This document shows positions 26,571 through 35,830 of a stretch of DNA of 64,000 nt, piece after piece; the first letter of the stretch is position 1; every line of letters starts with the position of its first letter. The notes beneath the pieces were generated by a model. That model saw only the letters and a program-made list of their open reading frames with translations. It had not been told where the DNA came from and did not search any database. The translations under genes and the position numbers were made by a program. Source of the stretch: an uncultured bacterium (GTDB lineage Bacteria; Patescibacteriota; Saccharimonadia; UBA4664); NCBI GenBank assembly GCA_963740635.1, contig CAVUEQ010000001.1, forward strand, positions 529,026 through 593,025. Direction: 5' to 3'.

Positions 26571-28196
26571 TTATGTATAAACGTGATAATCGTGCAGACG
26601 GCCGGTGGAATAGGCGGTGCGCAGATGGGCGCGGGCGTAGTCGGCTGAGGATCCGGTTTTGGCCGTGGGGTTGAAAATATTGTGCGGGTCGAAGATGTGC
26701 TTCACGGTGGCGAGCACCTCGGCCATCTCGTCGTCGTAAAGTTGGGGCAGATAAATAGCGCGCAGCAGGTTGTCGCCGTGGGTGGACGTGATGGTGCCGC
26801 GCAGGGATACGACGAGGTCGTGATATTCGTGCGCGAGGGTGAAGACGGTTTCGATGTCGCGCTTCTTGGCCAGGTCCAAGCGGGGCTGGAGGCGCAGGGT
26901 GCCGGTGCCGGCGTGGCCCCAGAGGGCGGGCTCGAGGCCGTGGGTTTTGAGCAGCTTGTAGGTTTTTTCGATGAGTTGCGGGAGCTTTTCGACCGGCACG
27001 GCGGCGTCTTCGATGAAGGGCAGCGCGCGCTTGGGGCCATGCGACATCCAGCCGGCCACGGTGGCGCGCCGGATTTTCCAGAGCGCGACTTGCTCCACGG
27101 GGTCGGTGGATATGCGGACCGCGGCGCCATGACGGCGCATGACGTGCTCGGCCCTGGTGCTGCGCAGTTTTTGGGCGAGCTGGGAGTAGTTGTCGAATTC
27201 CACGAGCAACACTATGGCCGGCAGCTTTTCCGGGACCAGGCCGGTGAGGTCGTCGGGGCGCAGTGTGCGGTGGTATTCGAGCAGATGCCGGTCAACTAAT
27301 TCGATGGCGCTGGGGGCAATGGCGCGGAGCCGGGCGGCGGCGGCGCAGGCCCCATCCACAGAGTCGAAATAGCCCACCAGCAGGGTCGACCGGGGGTTGT
27401 AGGGGTAGGTCGACAGGGTGATTTCGGTGATTATTCCGAGAGTGCCTTGCGAACCAATGAATATGGGGGTGAGGTCAAAACTGCCGGTGGGTGCGCGCAC
27501 TGCCCACACGTTGTACCCGGCGCCGTTCGGGACGTTGTCGAGGCCGCGGCCCGCGATGAGGTCGGCATTGTCGAGCAACACGCTGTCGAGACGCCGGTAA
27601 ACTTCGCCCTCGAGAGTGGAAAAACCTTTGCGGCGGTTGAGTTCGCGCGCGCTGATGCGGCCGGTCTCGATGATGGAGCCGTCGGAGAGGACCACGCGCA
27701 ATTTTCGCACTGCGCGGCTGAGCGGACCGTACTTCACTGCCCGTTCCCCGCCGGCGCCCGTGGCGACCGCGCCGCCGACGGTGGCGTAACCGGCCTCGTC
27801 GGGGTATTGCGGAATGAACCGGCCGTGGGTGTACAGGGTCTGCTGCAACGCCTGAAATGTAATGCCCGGCTGCACGGAAACGTAATCGCGCTCCATCCGC
27901 AGCAGTTTGTCCATGTGGGCCGGCAGCGCCAATTGCAGCCCTTCGCCGACCGCGCCGCCTGCCTGGCCGGTACCAAACCCGCGGGGCACGATGGCAATGG
28001 GACGGCCGGCGGCGGCCCGCTCCGCCGCAAAAGCCACCGTTTTGCGCACATCGGCCGTGTTTTGCGGGTAAACGACGGCCTCGGGCGTGGCCGTAAAGAT
28101 ACTTTGGTCGGTCGAGAAATGCTCAAGCGCGTCCGGACTATCCGTAACGCTGCCGAGCAAACGCGCAGCCAGGTCCCGTAAATAGGCTTGCTTCAT
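26571..28196 (-). CDS. FAD-linked oxidase (GlcD/D-lactate dehydrogenase-like, PCMH fold)
   Basis: The ATG at 28196 (MKQAYLRDLAARLLG) avoids overlap with the HD gene. IVPRGFGTGQAGGAV is the FAD_binding_4 motif, and there is a C-terminal FAD-oxidase_C-like region. Confidence 0.8.
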   Translation of the reverse strand: MKQAYLRDLAARLLGSVTDSPDALEHFSTDQSIFTATPEAVVYPQNTADVRKTVAFAAERAAAGRPIAIVPRGFGTGQAGGAVGEGLQLALPAHMDKLLRMERDYVSVQPGITFQALQQTLYTHGRFIPQYPDEAGYATVGGAVATGAGGERAVKYGPLSRAVRKLRVVLSDGSIIETGRISARELNRRKGFSTLEGEVYRRLDSVLLDNADLIAGRGLDNVPNGAGYNVWAVRAPTGSFDLTPIFIGSQGTLGIITEITLSTYPYNPRSTLLVGYFDSVDGACAAAARLRAIAPSAIELVDRHLLEYHRTLRPDDLTGLVPEKLPAIVLLVEFDNYSQLAQKLRSTRAEHVMRRHGAAVRISTDPVEQVALWKIRRATVAGWMSHGPKRALPFIEDAAVPVEKLPQLIEKTYKLLKTHGLEPALWGHAGTGTLRLQPRLDLAKKRDIETVFTLAHEYHDLVVSLRGTITSTHGDNLLRAIYLPQLYDDEMAEVLATVKHIFDPHNIFNPTAKTGSSADYARAHLRTAYSTGRLHDYHVYT

Positions 28197-28242
28197 AACC
28201 ACATGATACGCAGACAAATGCAAAATTACAAAACGCTTACGG

Positions 28243-28842
28243 CTAGGAGGCGGCTCCGAATAACTGCGGCTGGCGCAACAGTAGGGTTTTGAGCTGTGCA
28301 TAGAGCTCGTTAACCGGCTCAGAGACAGCGATTTTGGGCGACTGGCACTCGTGCATGAGGGTGAATGGCTGCTGCTCTTCGCGCCAGGTGCGGCCATCGG
28401 CCAGGTAGACCATGACCATGGGCATGAGCTTGTCGAGCGCATATACGAACCGGGCTTCGTCGTCGGCCAGGGTTTCGTAATTATGCACAGCCGTCACAAT
28501 TTCTTCGGCCAGCGGGAACTCGGTGCGGATGCGCGCCAGGGCAGCAGCTTCGCGCTCGGGCTTGCCAACGCGGCCGGCCGCATCCAGCGCGCTGACATCG
28601 CCGGCGTAGGCTTCGGCTAGGTCATGAATTAAGGCATAGCGCACGAGGCGGTCGGTGTCGTAGCCGAGGTGACCGGAGATATTTAGGTACCAACCCATCA
28701 TCGCCAGGTGATAGCTGTGCTCGACGTCATTCTCTTTAATGTCACGCCCGGGCACGTGGATGGCCCGCACCACCTCCTGCAGCCGCAGCATGAGCTGCGA
28801 AAACTGGAGCATATCTTCGAGGCTGAGGGTAAACTGCTTCAT
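28243..28842 (-). CDS. HD-domain phosphohydrolase (YfbR-like 5'-nucleotidase type)
   Basis: ENDVEHSYHLAMM...LIHDLAEAYAGDV (the H..HD..D metal motif). Confidence 0.75.
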   Translation of the reverse strand: MKQFTLSLEDMLQFSQLMLRLQEVVRAIHVPGRDIKENDVEHSYHLAMMGWYLNISGHLGYDTDRLVRYALIHDLAEAYAGDVSALDAAGRVGKPEREAAALARIRTEFPLAEEIVTAVHNYETLADDEARFVYALDKLMPMVMVYLADGRTWREEQQPFTLMHECQSPKIAVSEPVNELYAQLKTLLLRQPQLFGAAS

Positions 28843-28942
28843 GAACCCATGATATATGTTCGGTTTATGTTTGGCAATAGCAAAATATTACTTTGCGAGT
28901 GGTATAATTGCCCGGTCCCTGCTACCAGATCGGGAGGACCCG

Positions 28943-30118
28943 ATGGCACCACAGTTTCAAAACACCATAACCATGAATGTCCCGCCGCCGAAAACTACCC
29001 ACGTCGTAGACGCCGGCGGTATCAAGCGGCTGCCCGGCTATCTCGTTGAGACCGGCCTGATCGGGGTCGATGACAACGGGCGCATCAAGATTGGTGCGCA
29101 GGTAATCATCGTAACCGACCGCAATGTCAATCGTCTGCACGGCGCTACAGTCGTGCATTCACTGGCTCTGGCGGGAATCAAAGCCACGACCATCGTCATC
29201 CAGCCCGGGGAGAAGCGCAAGAACCTTCGCCAGCTCGAGCGGGTTTGGCGAAAGCTGAATGACGCGGGAGCGCACCGCGACTCGGTGATCATCGCGCTTG
29301 GCGGAGGCGTGGTCACGGACCTGGTGGGGTTCGCCGCCGCCACATTCCTGCGCGGCGTGAAAGGGCTAGTCAACATCCCGACCACACTGCTGGGCATGGT
29401 CGACGCTGGGATTGGCGGCAAGACCGCCGTCGACACCGAGTGGCGCAAGAACGGCCTGGGAGCCACCTACCCAGCGCGTCTGGTGCTGAGCGACCCAGAC
29501 TTCCTGAGAACGCTCAGTCCCAGGTTGTTTCGGGAGGGCTTCGGTGAGGTCATCAAGACCGCGTTCCTCTGCCCGGACATCTTGCCGCTCCTGGACGAGT
29601 ATGTGAGACTGCTGGCCCAGGGTGCGGATATCCTGGTCGACCCGTTTACACAGATCCTCGCCAAGTGCGTGGAGTACAAGTCGGGCATCGTGGAGCTCGA
29701 TCCACTTGAGCGCGATGGCTTGCGGGAGTTACTGAATTTCGGCCACACGCTGGCCCATGCCATCGAGAAGGCCGAGAATTACCGGGGCCTGTTGCACGGC
29801 GAAGCCGTGGCTGTGGGGATGGTGCTCGCGGTGTTGCTGTCGAGGCGGCTGAACTTCTTGCCGGACGGCGCAATGCTTAGGCGACTGACCGTGCTACTTG
29901 CAGCCTTCGAACTTCCGTGCGAATACCACATCCCGCAAGACTTCTTCGGCCGGAGGAAGCGGCGGGCGCTCATGGCCGCGATGCTGCGGGACAAGAAAAA
30001 CCGTGGCGGAGGCCCGCGGTTTGTACTCACACGTGGTCCTGGCAAAATGGAAGGACGGTGGGTTGACCCGGTCGACGTCAACGCAGTGCTCGAGCCATTC
30101 TTGAGCGCAACGCCCTGA
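28943..30118 (+). CDS. 3-dehydroquinate synthase-family sugar-phosphate cyclase (orphan)
   Basis: GGGAGG lies before the ATG at 28943. GGGVVTDLVGFAAATFLRGV..NIPTTLLGMVDAGIGGKTAVD, GEVIKTAFL, NFGHTLAHAIE and LLHGEAVAVGM are the DHQS-family nucleotide and metal motifs. Confidence 0.8.
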   Translation: MAPQFQNTITMNVPPPKTTHVVDAGGIKRLPGYLVETGLIGVDDNGRIKIGAQVIIVTDRNVNRLHGATVVHSLALAGIKATTIVIQPGEKRKNLRQLERVWRKLNDAGAHRDSVIIALGGGVVTDLVGFAAATFLRGVKGLVNIPTTLLGMVDAGIGGKTAVDTEWRKNGLGATYPARLVLSDPDFLRTLSPRLFREGFGEVIKTAFLCPDILPLLDEYVRLLAQGADILVDPFTQILAKCVEYKSGIVELDPLERDGLRELLNFGHTLAHAIEKAENYRGLLHGEAVAVGMVLAVLLSRRLNFLPDGAMLRRLTVLLAAFELPCEYHIPQDFFGRRKRRALMAAMLRDKKNRGGGPRFVLTRGPGKMEGRWVDPVDVNAVLEPFLSATP

Positions 30119-30313
30119 TACCGCTGGGGCAATACAGCGGTAACGCCAAGGCCGGAGGGCTATACTCCGGCACTAACCTGAGGGCTCATCAATAATATGA
30201 GCCTTGAGGCTAGGCGCTATTTTGGACCACCTGAAAGCTCAATCGATAGATTGAGCGCTCGGGTGGTACTCGCCGCGGCCGGAGCCGCGGCGAGTCGCCG
30301 TTGTTGTTCTTGT

Positions 30314-31360
30314 TCAGATTCCATGCCGGTAGAAGCTGGCCCTCGCGTCGGCGTCTTTCTGCTCCGAAGCGAGCCGCTCGACGAGCTGGTCGAGAAGGTC
30401 ACTGGTCGGCGTATTTCCGACATCGGAGTCGAGCACGCAGTCGCGTCGGCCGCCCCACTTGGGCTGTTGGGGCTTCTGCTCCAGAAGGACGATGAGTCCC
30501 GCCTTGAGACCGGCCTTGATGAGCGAGACGGCATCGGGATGCTGCAGGAGCATGGCCGGGATGTTCGTTCCCGTCTTCGTCTGCAGCATGCTGTAGACGA
30601 AGCCTTTCAGCAGCGACCACCAGAACTCGATGCGAGCGCGGGTCTCTTCGACGGCCACCGTGTTGTCCGGCGATTCGGCTTCGTACCGTGACAGCTCGGA
30701 GAGCTCGTGCTTGAGAGCCAGAGCGATGGCTTTGAGGGCGTACACCCCTTGGCCATCGATGCCGAAAGCGCCACCGCCGTTGAGCGGCAGCGCCTCCATC
30801 GAGGCGCCGACTGCATGAGCCCCGCCGAGCCACTCCACTGCCAGCTCGTGGCGGATATCGTGGGAGACGCTGAACGGCAAGGCCGACAGCAGCGCCCGCG
30901 CCCCGACGAAGTAGCGTTCGCCGAGGTAACCGAGCTGCTGAGCCAGGGATGCGAGCCAGCGTGTGGCCAGCTCTTCGTCGGCTTCGTCGGGCTCACCGTA
31001 GGGCGCACGGACCTGGAGCAGCGGCGCGGGGATGCGGCCTTCGGCCAGGGCCGTCAGGTTGGCCCAGATGGCCGCCTGGTCAGCGAGCACCGGCGTCAGC
31101 CAGTTCGGCTCGTCGTCGGGGTGCGGCGAGCTGCTGGCGCTGGTGCTGATGTTGTATTGATCCAGCAGCAGCTTCCAGACATCGAGGCCAGTGATCGGGT
31201 CGGCGCGGAGGAGCCTCGTGATCGCAGCGGCCTCGACCTGGGTCCGCGGGGTGAAGTAGCGCAGCTGCGTCAGCTCAGCCAGCCGGGACAGCAGCGGGAT
31301 GGTGTTGGTGGGCACGTCGAGCACTGCGTTGTCCGCGACTGCGGAAACGTGATTGGACAT
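30314..31360 (-). CDS. Hypothetical cytoplasmic protein, no recognisable family
   Basis: 348-aa ORF with genome-typical codon bias. The antisense 164-aa ORF (30197..30691) is low-complexity shadow. Confidence 0.6.
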   Translation of the reverse strand: MSNHVSAVADNAVLDVPTNTIPLLSRLAELTQLRYFTPRTQVEAAAITRLLRADPITGLDVWKLLLDQYNISTSASSSPHPDDEPNWLTPVLADQAAIWANLTALAEGRIPAPLLQVRAPYGEPDEADEELATRWLASLAQQLGYLGERYFVGARALLSALPFSVSHDIRHELAVEWLGGAHAVGASMEALPLNGGGAFGIDGQGVYALKAIALALKHELSELSRYEAESPDNTVAVEETRARIEFWWSLLKGFVYSMLQTKTGTNIPAMLLQHPDAVSLIKAGLKAGLIVLLEQKPQQPKWGGRRDCVLDSDVGNTPTSDLLDQLVERLASEQKDADARASFYRHGI

Positions 31361-31453
31361 GTCAAGAACCTCCAGAGAATCGGAAAAAACGGCCGCTATA
31401 CGTTACCATAAAAGGCTTAAGAACGCAACAAAAGCGCCTGCGCTTTCGTCGAG

Positions 31454-33370
31454 TTAGGCGGCCAGCGAGTCGGTGACGAGCTTGAGGTCGAGGGTGGCCA
31501 CGCCGATGACGTGGTCGGCGGCGCCGTAGTAGAGGTAGATGGTGTTGCCGCGCACCACCTGGCCGCACGGGAAGACCACGTTGCCGATCCAGCCTTCGCG
31601 CTCCCACGGCTCCACCGGCGACATGAGCGGCAGCACGCTGCGGCCGACGACTTTGGTGTGGTCGTCGAGGTCGAGCAGCGCGGCGCCGAGGCAGTATTCG
31701 CCCGCCTGCGTGATGCCGTGGTAAAACAGCAGCCAGCCCTTGGGCGTGCGGATGGGCGGGCCGGCGATGCCGACTTTGCGGCTGTCCCACATGCCCGGCC
31801 GCGGCCCAATAATCTGGATGCAGCGCGTGAGGTGCATGTCTTTGGGGTCGAGGCTGTCGACGTAGTCGGCGCAGACGTGGCCGTCGATGCGGTGCAAAAT
31901 CATGTAACGGTCGTGCTTTTTCTCGGGAATAATGCAGGCGTCTTTGTCGTCGATGCCCTCGGGCGAAATTATTTCGGGCTCGCTCCATTTGTCCCAATTG
32001 TGGGCCAGAAAATCTTTGACGCTGATGTGGCTCGTGGCGACCTTGGGGTTCGAAACGCTGTCGTAGGCGGTGTAGGTAATGTGGAGCATATCGCCCACGC
32101 GGACGATGCGGGCGTCTTCGCAGCCGGAATTATCGGTGGGGCCGCCGTGCTTTTGCTCGAAATCGGCGCGCGGCACGTAGATGGGCTCGGGCAGGCGCTC
32201 GTCGATGTGGAAGCCGTCGCGGCTACGGGCTAATCCGACCACCGACGTGTTCTCTTTGCCCACAGCGCGGTACAGGATGTAAATGTTGCCGTCGAGCTCG
32301 ATGGCGGCCGGGTTGAGGACATGGCTGGCCTCCCACGGGTGTCCGGGAATTGGCTTAAGAATGGGATTTTTGGCAAAGCGCGTGGCCTGCTGCTTGACGG
32401 CCCCGTCGGGCGACAGCGTGGCCATGAGCGCTTTCAGGCTGAGAGTGGCGCGGCAGCCGGTGGTGTCGGTTGCGCCATAGTAGATGTTGAGCATGTCGCC
32501 GTCTGATTGCATGCCCGAGGGGAAGATAATTTTGGGCAGCCGGCCGTATTTTTCGTAGACTTCCTCGGGGACCATGAACGGGAAATTAGTGCGGGCGACG
32601 ATACGCCGCGGGTCGTCGGCGTCGAGAAGGGCGGCCTCAATGCCGAATTTGCGATCGCCCGAAAAGTAATCCCGGATGTGGGCGTAGAGCAGCAGCCAAC
32701 CCTCGGGCGTGCGGATGGGCGCGGCGCCGACCTCGGGATGGTCGCCGTCGGCGCGCGAGAGGTCGATGGTGTGAGTATCGAGGTTTTTGTACCAGTCGTT
32801 CCAGTATTTCTCGGACCACATGTCTTCGGGTTGGTCGAACAGGGCGATGGCGGTTTTGCTGGGCGGCAGGTCGGAGTTGGCGGTGAGCACGGCGCACAGT
32901 TTGCCGCCGACGCGCTCGGGGAAGAGGGTCATGGCTTTGGCGTTAAAAGGCGTGACGAGGTGTTTGGCATCGATGGTCTTGAGGTCCCGCGAAGTGGCGA
33001 CGGCCACCCGGATGCCGGCGGCCTCGAATGGGAATTTGCTCAGAGCGGTGTAGAAAATGTAATATACGCCTTCGAAATAAGTAACGCGCGGGTCCTCGCA
33101 GCCGAACCATTCCCAGTCTTTTTCGGGGACGATGAGCTGGCGGTGCCCGGTGGAAACGGACTCGGCCGAATCCGGCGCGATGGCGATGGTGGATAGCTCC
33201 AGGTGCTGGACGCCGTGGAACAGGTCGGGCTCGCTGGCGGCGCGGTAAAGCACGTAGCGCTGGTCCCCCACCCGCACCGGCGAGGGGTTAAAGGCGGCCA
33301 GCGCCTCCCAGGGCGTGCCGTGCTCGGGCCGGATAAACGGATTGCTGTGGCTGCGCCGGACGGTAAACAT
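31454..33370 (-). CDS. Tandem-domain GH130-type glycoside phosphorylase/hydrolase-like protein
   Basis: There are two copies of the GH130-like signature: NPFIRPEHGTPWEALAAFNPSPV..YVLYRA and NPILKPIPGHPWEASHVLNPAAIELDGNIYILYRAVG. The C-terminus is YYGAADHVIGVAT. Confidence 0.8.
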   Translation of the reverse strand: MFTVRRSHSNPFIRPEHGTPWEALAAFNPSPVRVGDQRYVLYRAASEPDLFHGVQHLELSTIAIAPDSAESVSTGHRQLIVPEKDWEWFGCEDPRVTYFEGVYYIFYTALSKFPFEAAGIRVAVATSRDLKTIDAKHLVTPFNAKAMTLFPERVGGKLCAVLTANSDLPPSKTAIALFDQPEDMWSEKYWNDWYKNLDTHTIDLSRADGDHPEVGAAPIRTPEGWLLLYAHIRDYFSGDRKFGIEAALLDADDPRRIVARTNFPFMVPEEVYEKYGRLPKIIFPSGMQSDGDMLNIYYGATDTTGCRATLSLKALMATLSPDGAVKQQATRFAKNPILKPIPGHPWEASHVLNPAAIELDGNIYILYRAVGKENTSVVGLARSRDGFHIDERLPEPIYVPRADFEQKHGGPTDNSGCEDARIVRVGDMLHITYTAYDSVSNPKVATSHISVKDFLAHNWDKWSEPEIISPEGIDDKDACIIPEKKHDRYMILHRIDGHVCADYVDSLDPKDMHLTRCIQIIGPRPGMWDSRKVGIAGPPIRTPKGWLLFYHGITQAGEYCLGAALLDLDDHTKVVGRSVLPLMSPVEPWEREGWIGNVVFPCGQVVRGNTIYLYYGAADHVIGVATLDLKLVTDSLAA

Positions 33371-33374
33371 GCAG

Positions 33375-35225
33375 TTATTTTACCGTACCGGCGCTGGATA
33401 GTGCGACCGTGCCGCCGTGCACGATGCCTTCCACAAATTCCGTAACGTTGGCGCGGGCCACGCCGATGTGCTTGTCGCCGCCGCCGTAGTACACCACCAG
33501 GTTCTCGCCCAGAATGACGGCGCCGCAGGTGTAGACCACGCCCGGTTTGCCGTCGTTTTCATACCATTCTTTGGGCTCGAGCACGGGCGTGCTGCTGCGG
33601 AACAGGACCTTCGAGGGATCGTCGAGGTCGAGTAGCATGGCGCCGAGTTTGTACTTGCCGGGGTCGCGCTTGTCGGTGGCGTGGTAGAGCAGCAGCCAGC
33701 CCAGGTCGGTTTTGAGCGGCGGGGCGCCGGCGCCGCGCACGCGGTTGTCCCAGTGGTTTTGGCGCTTGGGGTCGTGCCAGCCGTTGCCGCCGTGGCCGGC
33801 GAGGCTCTTGATGTATTTGCCCTGGCCGATGTCGTCGAGGCTGTCGACGTAGTCGATGTAGACTTCGGGGCTGAGGCCGTGCAGCACGGCGTATTTGCCG
33901 TTAATTTTTTCCGGGAAGATGACCCAGTTTTTGTGGGTTTCGCCGCTTTTGGATATGAGCTTGGGCTGGCGCCAGTTCCAATTTTTTTGGTGCAGGTGCT
34001 CGAGCGGGATGGAGGTAAGTGCCTGGCGGATGAAGCTCCAGCCGTCGAAGGCCACGAACGACATGTAGGCGTGGCCGTCTATTTTGACCACCCGCGGGTC
34101 CTCGCAGCCGGCCCAGCCGCCGCCGGAGGGATTGACCTCGGGGTCGTAGGTGGAGTTGGCCGGGGTCCAACCCGGCGCCGGTTTGCCGAAGCCGTGGGTC
34201 GGCTCGTACACCGGGTAATCCAGGCGCTCGTCGAAGTTGATGCCGTCGGCGCTGGAGGCGTAGCCAATGCGCGATACACCGTCGGGGCCGAGCGCGCGGT
34301 AGAGCAGGTGCACGCGGCCTTGGTCGGTAAAGGCGGCGGGGTTAAACACCGCGTGCGACTCCCACTCGTACGACCGGGGCGAGAGTATCGGATTGCGCTC
34401 GGAGCGGCGGAGCTGGGTCTTGATGGTGTGCTCGGTGCGGCGTACAAACGGGTTTGGCAATTTGACGAAGCTTATGAGTTCGCGGCGGTCGGTGTAGTAC
34501 AGCTCGAAACCGCCGTCTTGCACGAGCGCCCCCAGGACGCGACGCCCCAGTTGCTTCGGCGTGCGGTCTTCCCACAGCGGGTCGTCGCTGCGCCAGAGCA
34601 GATGCGTGGGGTTGTCGCTGGCAAACAGCGCCGCGCCGACTGCAATCGAGCGGGTCTTTTTGGTATCAGTGCTGCTCTCGTAAAGTACGAGCAGGCCCTG
34701 TTCAATATGAGTAACGCTGATGAGCTTGAGCGCGTGGCGGTCGAAATGTCCCGGCCGCGGCGACAGCAGCACCACGTTGCTGTCGTGCCAGGCCACAAGA
34801 TTCTTGGAAAACGCTACGCGCAGGTGACGGTCGGTGCTGTAGAGCACGTATTGGCCTTCGTGGCGGTACTCGGACACCACCATGCCGGTGCCGCGCAGGT
34901 GGCGGTTGGCGGCCGGCGTTTCCCAGACCCCCAATTCACCGTCTTCGTGGTGGCCGGCCACCAGCAGCTGGAGTCCGTCACCGTCGGGGATGCTGTAAGT
35001 GAAAATGCTGGTGTGAAGCACATTCGACAGCCGAATGCTGTGGATGTCTTCAGCGTCCTGGGTTTTGCCCAGCGACGAGACGATCACCGGGTGGTCTTCG
35101 CGCAGGGCAAAGTTACGCTCGTGACCGTGACCGATTACGAGCTTTCTTCTCAGGAGGCCGGCTACGCCCAGAATCACAGCGCTGTGCCGGTCGGCCGAGA
35201 TGCCGAGCGGTTTGATTTTTTTCAT
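33375..35225 (-). CDS. GH130-type glycosidase-like protein with divergent N-terminal beta-propeller-like domain
   Basis: NPILSPRSYEWESHAVFNPAAFTDQGRVHLLYRALG ... VYYGGGDKHIGVA. ATG at 35225 (MKKIKPLG). Confidence 0.75.
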   Translation of the reverse strand: MKKIKPLGISADRHSAVILGVAGLLRRKLVIGHGHERNFALREDHPVIVSSLGKTQDAEDIHSIRLSNVLHTSIFTYSIPDGDGLQLLVAGHHEDGELGVWETPAANRHLRGTGMVVSEYRHEGQYVLYSTDRHLRVAFSKNLVAWHDSNVVLLSPRPGHFDRHALKLISVTHIEQGLLVLYESSTDTKKTRSIAVGAALFASDNPTHLLWRSDDPLWEDRTPKQLGRRVLGALVQDGGFELYYTDRRELISFVKLPNPFVRRTEHTIKTQLRRSERNPILSPRSYEWESHAVFNPAAFTDQGRVHLLYRALGPDGVSRIGYASSADGINFDERLDYPVYEPTHGFGKPAPGWTPANSTYDPEVNPSGGGWAGCEDPRVVKIDGHAYMSFVAFDGWSFIRQALTSIPLEHLHQKNWNWRQPKLISKSGETHKNWVIFPEKINGKYAVLHGLSPEVYIDYVDSLDDIGQGKYIKSLAGHGGNGWHDPKRQNHWDNRVRGAGAPPLKTDLGWLLLYHATDKRDPGKYKLGAMLLDLDDPSKVLFRSSTPVLEPKEWYENDGKPGVVYTCGAVILGENLVVYYGGGDKHIGVARANVTEFVEGIVHGGTVALSSAGTVK

Positions 35226-35366
35226 CCCTGCCAAATAATCTCTTCCACTTCACACGGTTTGATAAGGACTCACGCGAATTAATATTAGCATAAGCGGTAC
35301 ACAAATGTGTGATCAAAATCACAACAAAACACCCCCGGTGTGGGGGCGTTTGTTAGGTCGGGTGTA

Positions 35367-35776
35367 TTAATGAAAGTGCGCGCTGATTAACCGGCCGATG
35401 AGCAAGCTGCCGATAATTACAATTACGGCCAGGCCTACGTGCTCCCGCAGGACCGAGTAGACATTCTCGCGGTTTTGGCGGGCGATCTTGTAACTGAGAG
35501 CCGAGAGTGCGACGAGGCCCCATAGCAGGTCGATTGCCACCGCGGCGGCCAGTGGCAAAACCGGGGGATGGAGCGCACTGAGCGTCCCTGTGTTTCTTCA
35601 GATACGTGTATTCCTAAACCATCGGATAACGCGTCGGCAAACGCAATGGTCAGCAACCCGGCCAGAATTACGCCCTTGGGGCTGGATGTAGCATAGAGCC
35701 CAATGAGCAGCCCGAGACTAGTAATAACGCCTGAGGTTGTGCCATAACTTAAGCCTTTTTTGAGTGAGGCTTTCAT
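35367..35776 (-). pseudogene. VIT1/CCC1-family-like small membrane protein, interrupted by a 1-nt frameshift
   Basis: ORF 35435..35776 (GLSYGTTSGVITSLGLLIGL..LLTIAFADALSDGLGIHVSEET) and ORF 35367..35558 (LAAAVAIDLLWGLVALSALSY..) lie in different frames. They join as ..SEETQGTLSALHPPVLPLAAAV.. if one base is restored in the CCC run at 35586-35588. Confidence 0.6.
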
Positions 35777-35830
35777 TGCGCTTATCTTACCAGAGGAAGC
35801 GGGGACACCTAAATGAATGCGCGGCTAAGC

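Noticed and set aside
26571-28442. 623-aa version of the FAD-linked oxidase.
   Set aside because: The extra 82 N-terminal codons overlap the HD gene and are Ser/Pro/Cys-rich. The ATG at 28196 starts at the conserved N-terminus.
30197-30691. 164-aa plus-strand ORF spanning the structured intergenic region.
   Set aside because: It starts inside the hairpin array and runs antisense to the 348-aa minus-strand ORF. Its composition (Arg/Ser/Ala/Leu) looks like shadow.
33681-35282. 533-aa plus-strand ORF. Similar long antisense ORFs occur at 31511..32233, 32507..33196, 51839..52738, 53012..53911, 62663..63655, 11421..12371 and 46872..47666.
   Set aside because: These are typical high-GC antisense shadow ORFs (Ala/Gly/Arg/Val-rich, no motifs). 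They lie opposite genes with clear family signatures (GH130, UvrB, UvrA, CAP and the WxL-like paralogs).
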